Positions 7,828-14,717 of a stretch of 14,717 bases of DNA are shown piece after piece. This DNA comes from a bacterium (GTDB lineage: Bacteria; Zhuqueibacterota; Zhuqueibacteria; Oceanimicrobiales; Oceanimicrobiaceae), in contig JBHHXT010000113.1 of the NCBI GenBank assembly GCA_046757165.1, forward strand, positions 1 to 14,717, written 5' to 3'. The stretch's first letter is position 1, and each line of letters opens with the position of its first letter. The position numbers were made by a program, and so were the translations under genes. The notes under the pieces are model-generated. The model did no database searches. It saw only the letters and a program-made list of their open reading frames with translations, and was not told the origin of the DNA.

Positions 7828-9918
7828 TTACGCGAGATGGCTCAGTTTCTCGAGTTTCTCCAGACTGGCTTGCGACCCCATGATCAAGATCGAATCACCG
7901 AATCTGAAACGATAGTCCGGCGTGGGTGGGATAACGTGTTGTTTTTCATTCTTTTCAGCATCATAGTTCTGCTTGATCAGAACGACTTCTGTGCCAAAGC
8001 GGCTGCGCAGATTCAACTCCTTCAACGTTTTGTTCACGAACGACCCCGGGACCTCAATCTCACACAGGATGTGTCCGTCCATTAACTCGAGCCGCTCGAA
8101 CTTGCGTGAGGAACCGATATTCCTGGAAACCGAGGTGACCATGTCCCGTTTGAGCATTTCCTGGTTATAGGCCGCGATCACATCATCTTTGGCAATCGTC
8201 CCGATCAATTGTTTATCATCGTCGCTGCTTACGACCGGCAGCTCGTCGGTGTTCATTTCGCCAAACGCTCTCATCACAATGTCCAGGGTATCCGTGGGTG
8301 TGAAGGCGTGACGGATCGGCGTCAAGAGATCATGGGCGACCAGGATGGACTCCAGGCCATCCGATTCATAAATGATTCTGCGGACATCATGGATGGATAT
8401 GACGCCTGTGAGCTGGTCCTCGCGATTGACGACAAAGAATATCGGATGAGGGCTGCTTACCGTCAAATCCATCAATTTGCGGAATGGGGTGTCGGCGCGG
8501 ATGCGCTCGCAATCTGTTTTCATGACGCCCGACACTTCCAATGAATGCAGAACATTGGTTTCTTGACCCTGAAAAAGATTGATGCCCCGACGAGACAATT
8601 TCAAGGTATAAATGGAGTCTTTCTTCAGTCGAGTGGTGATCAGCACGCTGATGATGCACGCCATCATCAAAGGAAGAATAATACGATAATCATTGGTCAA
8701 TTCAAATATGATGAGAATCGAGGTGATGGGCGCATGCATGGCGCCGGCAGCGACCGCGCCCATTCCCACCAGGGCATAGGCCCCCGGGGAGGCCGTGTGC
8801 GCCGGCGCAAGTGTGTGCACAATCGTGCCGACAAAGCCTCCCAGGTTCGCGCCTAAAAACAGACAAGGGGCAAAGATTCCTCCTGACCCACCGGACCCGA
8901 CCGTGATCGAGGTCGCAGCAACCTTGAAGACGACCAGGACCAGCAGGAAAGACCCCACCAATTTGCCGTTCAAGGCCAGACTGATGGTATCGTAACCCAC
9001 GCCAAAGATATGTGGAAAAGAGATGCCCATCAGTCCGACGAGCAAGCCCCCACAGACAGGTTTCAAAAGTTCAGGGATGGGGAGAGTTTCAAACAGGTCT
9101 TCGGTCTTGTACAACACGTGGATGAAAGCCAGGGCAACAAAGGCGGACAGAATCCCCAGGATGAGATAAGGAATCATTTCGAAAACGCTGACCAGCTCGT
9201 AGGCTGGAATCTCGAAGGCGGAGAAGTCCCCCAGGAAGTGGCGCGAAACGACGGTGGCCGCAACGGATGAAACCACGATTGGGCTGAATTTTGAAATGCC
9301 AAAATCGCTCAGAATCACCTCCATGGCAAAAAGCGCCCCGGCGATGGGCGCGTTGAAGGTGGCCGCAATGCCGGCAGCGGTGCCGCAAGCGACAAATGTC
9401 CGCAGCTGCGACCCCGTCACTTTCAGAACCTGACCCAAAGTGGAACCGATGGCAGAGCCGATCTGAACAATTGGCCCCTCTCGTCCGACCGATCCCCCCG
9501 AGCCAATGGTGAGCGCGGAGGCCACGACCTTGGCGATCATCACACGCGGACGAATCGCGCCGCCGCGCAGCACGATGGACTCCATGACTTCGGGAACCCC
9601 ATGACCTTTGGCCTCGCGGGCAAAGTAGAAGACGATGGGGCCCACAATCAGTCCGCCCACTGCCGGGGCAAAAAGCTTGACATACCAGGGCAATTGCAGG
9701 GCGTATTCCAGCGTGTATTCCCAGGTGCCAAAAAAGACCCCCTGAAAGAACCGAATGGCCAGGCGAAAGAAGATGGCACCAAAGCCACCGAGCAATCCAA
9801 TCACCACGGCAACGACCACCATGAACGTATGTTCATTCATGCGAAGCCGAGGCAGTTGATCGACAATCAGTCGTTGCCAGAACCTTGTGATTGCGCGTAT
9901 ATGAATAGAGTTAGACAT
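7828..9918 (-). CDS. ClC family chloride channel/transporter with CBS pair and C-terminal TrkA_C (RCK_C) domain (696 aa)
   Basis: Motifs GHGVPEV, GGSVGREGPIVQIG, ATFNAPIAG, GGSGGIFAP and SIYT; two CBS repeats; VNKTLKELNLRSRFGTEVVLIK...GDSILIMG is TrkA_C-like; GAAGGTG RBS before ATG 9918. Confidence 0.93.
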   Translation of the reverse strand: MSNSIHIRAITRFWQRLIVDQLPRLRMNEHTFMVVVAVVIGLLGGFGAIFFRLAIRFFQGVFFGTWEYTLEYALQLPWYVKLFAPAVGGLIVGPIVFYFAREAKGHGVPEVMESIVLRGGAIRPRVMIAKVVASALTIGSGGSVGREGPIVQIGSAIGSTLGQVLKVTGSQLRTFVACGTAAGIAATFNAPIAGALFAMEVILSDFGISKFSPIVVSSVAATVVSRHFLGDFSAFEIPAYELVSVFEMIPYLILGILSAFVALAFIHVLYKTEDLFETLPIPELLKPVCGGLLVGLMGISFPHIFGVGYDTISLALNGKLVGSFLLVLVVFKVAATSITVGSGGSGGIFAPCLFLGANLGGFVGTIVHTLAPAHTASPGAYALVGMGAVAAGAMHAPITSILIIFELTNDYRIILPLMMACIISVLITTRLKKDSIYTLKLSRRGINLFQGQETNVLHSLEVSGVMKTDCERIRADTPFRKLMDLTVSSPHPIFFVVNREDQLTGVISIHDVRRIIYESDGLESILVAHDLLTPIRHAFTPTDTLDIVMRAFGEMNTDELPVVSSDDDKQLIGTIAKDDVIAAYNQEMLKRDMVTSVSRNIGSSRKFERLELMDGHILCEIEVPGSFVNKTLKELNLRSRFGTEVVLIKQNYDAEKNEKQHVIPPTPDYRFRFGDSILIMGSQASLEKLEKLSHLA

Positions 9919-10127
9919 TTCACCTTCTTTTCGTCACCTACCCCCCGATGCTCAACTCTGAGAATCAGGCGTCTCTTCTTTGCCCAACCTGAACAGCGTG
10001 AAGATAAGTTATTCCCACCTGCAAAACAAGAAAAAATGACGCAGATAGGCGGCAGAGCAAGAACGGCACAATGGGGTGAATAGATAGAGCGTTACATGTT
10101 AGAGGTCGCGCACCGGGGGGGGGAGCA

Positions 10128-10175
10128 AAATACCGTGATCTCGGTATTTATAATTCTGAGATAAAACCCTATTTT
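10128..10175 (+). promoter_or_regulatory. Candidate response-regulator operator (7-2-7 palindrome) plus -10 box facing the OMP/T9SS-cargo cluster
   Basis: AAATACCGTGATCTCGGTATTT at 10128-10149 is a 22-bp palindrome with one mismatched pair. TATTTT (10170-10175) follows the 16-bp core after 23 nt. AGGAGG RBS at 10194-10199. Confidence 0.7.
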
Positions 10176-10206
10176 GTGACACATTAACCAATCAGGAGGT
10201 TTTGCA

Positions 10207-10780
10207 ATGAAACAACGTTACGGGTTACTATTTTTTGTTTGTGCGGCACTGTTCGCCGGATGAACTCTTTTTGCACAGACAGATATCGGTTTCAAAGGAG
10301 TTGGCGGTGAAATTGGTCTGGTGGATCCTGAGGGCTGGGCGGGATGGCGTTTGGATTAGGAGCATTTGCCGATCTAGGCACGATTACTCCCAACTTTCAT
10401 CTGGAAGGCAACCTTGATTACTGGTCCAAATCCTTCTCGAGTGGAGGGCGAAGTCTTCCTTTCGGGATATCGCTTTCGGCGGTACGGTAAAATACATTTT
10501 CCCGGTATCCAACCCGGCATTACGCCCATTTGCTGGCGGCGGACTTGCCCTGCACTTTCTCAATGTCGATGTCGATGTGCCCGAGGTGGATTTTGGCGGA
10601 ACGACATTCGGCGGCTCGAGCTCTGAAACCACCACCAAGATTGGCTTCAATATCGCGGGGGGCGTATTTTATAAAATGAACCCAAAAGTTGATTTGATCG
10701 GTGAATTCAAGTTTAGAGTTGTCAGCAATTTCAATCAGATCATCTTGAGAGTCGGGGCGTTGTTTTACCTGGGACAGTGA
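10207..10780 (+). pseudogene. Disrupted small outer-membrane beta-barrel protein (about 190 aa when repaired)
   Basis: AGGAGG then ATG 10207: MKQRYGLLFFVCAALFAG*TLFAQTDIGFKGVGGEIGLVDPEG (TGA at 10261-10263). A -1 shift near 10335 gives GGMAFGLGAFADLGTITPNFHLEGNLDYWSKSFSSGG. A second -1 shift near 10447 gives AKSSFRDIAFGGTVKYIFPVSNPALRPFAGGGLALHF...FNQIILRVGALFYLGQ*. The repaired protein has amphipathic beta-strands and an aromatic C-terminal strand. Confidence 0.85.
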
Positions 10781-10825
10781 CGGGGATGGTCATTCGCTTC
10801 GCGTCATCCAGGCAATAGACACCTG

Positions 10826-10976
10826 AACCCCGAAGGGATTCCACAAACGGGACAGGGGCGCAGTCCAGCCTGTCAGACCCCGTTGGGGTCTCATCTTTTG
10901 AGGACACGGTGCCCCAGGGTTAATCCGGACAAGTCGGGATTAACCCTGGGCTGTGATGTTTGACCGCGTTGCGGTC
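10826..10976. repeat. Composite REP-like multi-hairpin element
   Basis: AACCCC-GAA-GGGATT (10826-10840); AGACCCC-GTT-GGGGTCT (10875-10891); 14-bp perfect stem CCCAGGGTTAATCC/GGATTAACCCTGGG (10913-10926/10937-10950); GACCGC-GTT-GCGGTC (10962-10976). Confidence 0.7.
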
Positions 10977-11092
10977 TATTGGTGCAGGCGGATGGTCTGG
11001 TTGAGCTACATAAGTATCTTGAATACACCACTTAGATATTACGACGTGAACAAACTTTTGATAATACCAACCTAAAAACAAGGAGGGTGTCC

Positions 11093-12253
11093 ATGAAACA
11101 CCTGTTACTGGCTATTCGTTGGAAACTCGGGCTGTGCCTGTTATTGGCTCTGCCCAACTTTCTCTACTCGCAAATTACCCTCACTTCGGAGGGTCTGCTC
11201 AGCAAAATCGGCTCCCGGCAGGTCGTGCTCGTGGACAGGCGAGATAGCATTCCGGTCGACCTCGGTTCGCCAGGGGCCGATCAAATCTGGGATTTCAGGA
11301 GCGCTGTCATTGCTGATACCGTGGTCGGAGTGTTTGAATTCATGCGTCCTGAAGACACGCCCACGCCGGACCTGTTTCCGGGCGCAAATATGGTCAGCAA
11401 GATCACGACTACGGAAGCCCCGGGCACATCTATATTCAGCTACTTCGATGTGCAGAACGATTTTTTTCTTGAACTCGGGGACAGCTCCATCGTCTCTCTT
11501 GCCGATTCGCTTTTCATCCGTGTGCAAGCAGAACACGACACTATCGCACCGCTGCCAGTGGCGTTCAATAATTCGTGGAGAAGTGTTGATGTCGATAGCT
11601 CGATAACTATCGCGATCAATCCGGTCACCGGAGATACCACGACGCTGATTTCAGTGAGTGTCGACAGCATCGACAACCTGATCGACGGTTGGGGCACGGT
11701 CAGACTCCCGCTTGGCGATTTCGAGTGCTTGCGCTTGCGCCAGGACGTCAAGGTGATGATGAAAACACTTGTCGATGGGACAGTTGTCTCTTCCGGTACC
11801 GAGACTTTTATTCAGTACAACTGGATTTCGCCGGAAGATTACTTGCTGCTTGATATTCAGAGCCAGTTTGGCAACGCCGATCCCGACTTCACGGATGCGC
11901 AGGGGTTTGCGCTCCTCGACACATTGGAGAGCTCGCCAACTACCGGTATTTCTGATGCCCCGGCTGGAGTTCCGGCCGCCTTTGCCCTGAGCCAAAATTA
12001 TCCCAATCCCTTCAACCCCGAGACGATTATCTCCTATCAGGTCCGCGAGGCGTCGCAGGTGAGGCTGACGATATTCAACCTCCTCGGCCAGTCCGTGCGC
12101 CAGCTCGTGTCGGAACGTGTTCAGTCCGGCCAGCATCAGGTCGTTTGGGATGGCATGAATGATTCCGGCCGTCCGGTTCCCTCGGGCGTCTATGTCTACC
12201 GGCTGCAGACCGGCGAAGTCACACAAAGTCGAAAGATGATTCTTCTAAAATAA
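11093..12253 (+). CDS. Secreted protein with FlgD-Ig / T9SS type A C-terminal sorting domain and an unknown beta-rich N-terminal domain (386 aa)
   Basis: ATG 11093 is preferred over GTG 11087 because AGGAGG is at 11081-11086. Signal peptide ends LYS|QIT. Motifs GSPGADQIWDF and IDGWGTVRLPLGDFECLR; CTD FALSQNYPNPFNPET...WDGMNDSGRPVPSGVYVYRL...KMILLK. Confidence 0.9.
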   Translation: MKHLLLAIRWKLGLCLLLALPNFLYSQITLTSEGLLSKIGSRQVVLVDRRDSIPVDLGSPGADQIWDFRSAVIADTVVGVFEFMRPEDTPTPDLFPGANMVSKITTTEAPGTSIFSYFDVQNDFFLELGDSSIVSLADSLFIRVQAEHDTIAPLPVAFNNSWRSVDVDSSITIAINPVTGDTTTLISVSVDSIDNLIDGWGTVRLPLGDFECLRLRQDVKVMMKTLVDGTVVSSGTETFIQYNWISPEDYLLLDIQSQFGNADPDFTDAQGFALLDTLESSPTTGISDAPAGVPAAFALSQNYPNPFNPETIISYQVREASQVRLTIFNLLGQSVRQLVSERVQSGQHQVVWDGMNDSGRPVPSGVYVYRLQTGEVTQSRKMILLK

Positions 12254-12360
12254 GGACATCTGTCCTGATCGTAAGGAGCGCAATCGTCACGATAGCGCAC
12301 GATTGTGGGGGCATGCTCATAACAATAGAGCAATAAAACAATAACACAAGGAGGCTCAAA

Positions 12361-13440
12361 ATGAAACTCGTGACCAGGAAATGGGCTGTTTTGCTAACTC
12401 TGGCTTTTGTGCCAGTCACATCCGTACACGTTAGCGCCCAGACGACCGCGTATGGCATTGACGCCAGCGCGTTTCCTACCATCACTTTTTCCTCTCTGCC
12501 GCTTCCGGCCGCTACACCGGTTACACCAATTGGCGTCACGGCCGCAGGCGGACAGGGTGGAGACTTTGGGCCGGACAGTCTGTTTTACGCCCGGAGTGAC
12601 AATGACCTGGTGACGGTCAGCTTGACCGACGGCAGTCTCACCACCATCGGTACCATCACGGGGCTCAGCAGCGGGCAGGCGGTCATTGGTATGGGATTCG
12701 ACCACGCGAGCGGGACGATGTACCTGGCAAGCACCAACTTGTCCAGTTCAGGTTCGGAATTGTACACGCTGGACCTTACGACCGCCGCCGCTTCTCTGGT
12801 CGGAACCATCACCAACGCGAAGTTTGTCCTGGCCATCGCGGTCGACTGCCAGGGCAACCTCTTTGCCTTTGACGACCAGAACGACAACCTGGTCGCCGTC
12901 GATCCGGCAACCGGCAGCGGGACCGTGGTTGGCCCATTGAATTTTGATACGGGCCCCGTGGCACAAGATGCGGACTTTGATGCCGCCACCGGCACGTTGT
13001 ACTGGACCTTTTTCAATGGCACCAGTGGCGAATTGCGAACCGTTGATCCCGCAACCGGAGGCTCGACCCCGGTGACGACGTGGTCAGCCGACTTTATCGC
13101 TTTCGCCATTCTTGGAGATTGCACGGCCACGAGTGTCGGGGAGAGGTCGAACCAGGTTCCGCAGAGATTCACGCTGGGCCAGAATTATCCCAACCCCTTC
13201 AACCCGGAAACCGTGATCTCCTATCGAACGGCTGAAAGCGGCCGGGTGGAGCTGGCGATCTACAATTTGTTAGGCCAAAAAGTACGGGCACTGGTGGACG
13301 AGACACAGCCTGCCGGGGCGTATGCCGTAAGCTGGAACGGGACAGACGATCTCGGGAGACCGGTCAGCGGCGGCGTCTATGTCTACCGGTTGCGCTCCGG
13401 TTACCTGACGCAGACGAAGAAGATGATTTTATTGCAGTAG
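12361..13440 (+). CDS. Secreted beta-propeller protein with FlgD-Ig / T9SS type A C-terminal sorting domain (359 aa)
   Basis: AAGGAGG RBS; signal peptide VSA|Q; repeated blades (LVTVSLTDGSLTTIG, LYTLDLTTAAASLVG, LVAVDPATGSGTVVG, LRTVDPATGGSTPV); CTD LGQNYPNPFNPET...GGVYVYRL...KMILLQ. Confidence 0.9.
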   Translation: MKLVTRKWAVLLTLAFVPVTSVHVSAQTTAYGIDASAFPTITFSSLPLPAATPVTPIGVTAAGGQGGDFGPDSLFYARSDNDLVTVSLTDGSLTTIGTITGLSSGQAVIGMGFDHASGTMYLASTNLSSSGSELYTLDLTTAAASLVGTITNAKFVLAIAVDCQGNLFAFDDQNDNLVAVDPATGSGTVVGPLNFDTGPVAQDADFDAATGTLYWTFFNGTSGELRTVDPATGGSTPVTTWSADFIAFAILGDCTATSVGERSNQVPQRFTLGQNYPNPFNPETVISYRTAESGRVELAIYNLLGQKVRALVDETQPAGAYAVSWNGTDDLGRPVSGGVYVYRLRSGYLTQTKKMILLQ

Positions 13441-13447
13441 GGGCCCA

Positions 13448-13478
13448 CGTGCCACGCACTCTTGAAGTGCGTGGCACG
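13448..13478. repeat. Perfect 13-bp GC-rich hairpin (REP-like or mRNA-stabilising)
   Basis: CGTGCCACGCACT-CTTGA-AGTGCGTGGCACG between co-directional genes, with no downstream U-tract on +. Confidence 0.65.
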
Positions 13479-13502
13479 GTCTCAAAAATAACGGAGGACG
13501 TT

Positions 13503-14717
13503 ATGAACAGAAACAACTGGCATGCCGTCTGTTTGGGGGTCGTTATAAGCATTTCCACTTTTAGTCCGGATGTCTGGCCCGGTGAAGGGACGCTGAAGCC
13601 GCCCTGTTCCAGAACGATTTATCTGGCGAAATTCTCACCCGGGACGGTTGTCATTCCGGAGAACAGTGCCATCGACGTACCCATCGGGGTGCTGCCGTTT
13701 GTCTCCTGGGACAGCGCAAGCACGCAATGCGGTCAGCCCACGAGCGCTGCTCTGGAATTGACCCTCGCCTGCACGCCTGCCGCGGGCGGCTCGCCGGAGA
13801 CCATCGGGCCGGTCTCCTTTGACGTGCCAACGCCAACCACTCCCGGCGCACAGGACGTGGGCTCGCCGCTAACTTTTACCATCCCGGAAGGCATCGTCAC
13901 CGGCACTGCGCCGCAAACTTGCGTGGTCAGCGGCACGTATACCGTGACCTTTGGCGCCGGCCTTGGCGAGGGCGTCATCTCGGGGACCGGCGACGTTCCC
14001 ATCGTGCTCATGGAACCCACCATTTTAGACACATCGAGAACGATATTGGAAGTGTTCGGACTTCCCTTCGATGGCTCAGGGTATGGCGCGGCGCGGCGCG
14101 GCGATCAGAATACCAACTTTTTTGTGGTCGTGAACAATCATCCCACTGAATCCGTTGAGCTTGACTTTACCGTTACCACAAATCAGACAGCCATGCTGCC
14201 GGACGGCTTCACCGAAGAGAATGCCGCCGAGAATCTCGTGTACTCCATCGCCTGGCCAAGACCCGGCACCGGTAATTTCCCCCTGGCGTTCACTGATGAG
14301 CTCGATTCGTTTGAACGCATCCCCTTGCCGGACCCGACCGGGATCAACGCGCCGCGGATCGTCCGAACGCTATCCATAGCTGCAAAAGCAGCAACCATGG
14401 TACCGGTCGACGTGCGCAGCTTTGGTGGGAGCGGTGACGGCGCCGGCAATGAAATTCTGGCCAAAATCACCGGCAGTTTCAGCGACGGCACGCCGGCGTA
14501 TGGGGCCGCCAGTACCATCCTGAATGTGAACAGCGTCCCCCCAAAGCTGGCGCTGCTGGAATACAGCGACGAGATAAAAGTCAACGCCGACAATTTCGCC
14601 AATTTCGGTCGCGTGGACTTTATGAGCGAGGACAGTACACTCGTTCTTGGCTCCACCCATGCCCAGGGCAATGCCATTCAGGAAGGATTTGGCGATCCGT
14701 TCCGGGTGACGGAGCTG
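13503..14717 (+). CDS. Secreted beta-rich hypothetical protein, 3'-truncated by the window (at least 405 aa; not in the ORF track)
   Basis: GGAGG RBS and ATG 13503; the frame is open to the window end: MNRNNWHAVCLGVVISISTFSPDVWPGEGTLKPPCSRTIYLAKF...EGFGDPFRVTEL. Signal-peptide-like N-terminus, four Cys in the first mature domain, rich in T/P/G/V. Confidence 0.85.
   Translation, partial: MNRNNWHAVCLGVVISISTFSPDVWPGEGTLKPPCSRTIYLAKFSPGTVVIPENSAIDVPIGVLPFVSWDSASTQCGQPTSAALELTLACTPAAGGSPETIGPVSFDVPTPTTPGAQDVGSPLTFTIPEGIVTGTAPQTCVVSGTYTVTFGAGLGEGVISGTGDVPIVLMEPTILDTSRTILEVFGLPFDGSGYGAARRGDQNTNFFVVVNNHPTESVELDFTVTTNQTAMLPDGFTEENAAENLVYSIAWPRPGTGNFPLAFTDELDSFERIPLPDPTGINAPRIVRTLSIAAKAATMVPVDVRSFGGSGDGAGNEILAKITGSFSDGTPAYGAASTILNVNSVPPKLALLEYSDEIKVNADNFANFGRVDFMSEDSTLVLGSTHAQGNAIQEGFGDPFRVTEL

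Noticed and set aside
4589..10083. Many plus-strand ORFs (for example 4618-5313 and 9601-10083) over the kinase and ClC genes
   Set aside because: Antisense shadows of GC-rich genes with no recognisable motifs.
4307..10263. Two in-frame TGA codons (antitoxin/toxin junction and OMP signal peptide) hinting at TGA recoding or selenocysteine
   Set aside because: TGA ends the response regulator, the toxin and the OMP at their natural C-termini, and the long genes need no internal TGA. The contexts are not Sec-like.
13210..13947. Partial operator matches (ACCGTGATCTC near 13210, ATACCGTGA near 13939)
   Set aside because: Both lie inside coding sequence (Thr-Val codons) and lack the second half-site.
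11141..14677. Minus-strand ORFs (11651-12226, 12585-13172, 14183-14677)
   Set aside because: Antisense to well-supported plus-strand genes.
1..14717. CRISPR array, tRNA/rRNA or transposase
   Set aside because: I saw no regularly spaced direct repeats, cloverleaf or rRNA signatures, or transposase ORFs.

Overview
Bacterial chromosomal window, most likely from an FCB-group lineage such as KSB1, Calditrichota or Ignavibacteria (inferred from the NYPNPFNP/FlgD-Ig T9SS C-terminal domains and the Y_Y_Y sensor kinase). The minus strand carries, in transcription order: a ClC-CBS-TrkA_C chloride channel/transporter, a beta-propeller/Y_Y_Y/HisKA_3 sensor kinase, an AF2212-like antitoxin with a PemK/MazF toxin that has no in-frame start, a NarL/LuxR response regulator, and a lipoprotein with helical repeats, vWA, OmpA and a SPOR-like tail. 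The divergent plus strand carries a disrupted small outer-membrane beta-barrel gene, two T9SS cargo proteins, and a third secreted protein that runs off the window and is missing from the ORF track. The best signal is a near-identical 7-2-7 palindrome (TACCGTG-AT-C[G/T]CGGTA) at 3705 and 10131. Each copy lies exactly 23 bp from a CC-TAyTTT-G -10-like box, one facing the response regulator and one facing the secreted-protein cluster. This suggests an autoactivating two-component regulon controlling T9SS cargo. Intergenic regions contain several different REP-like palindromic elements. All calls were made by eye; no database searches were run.
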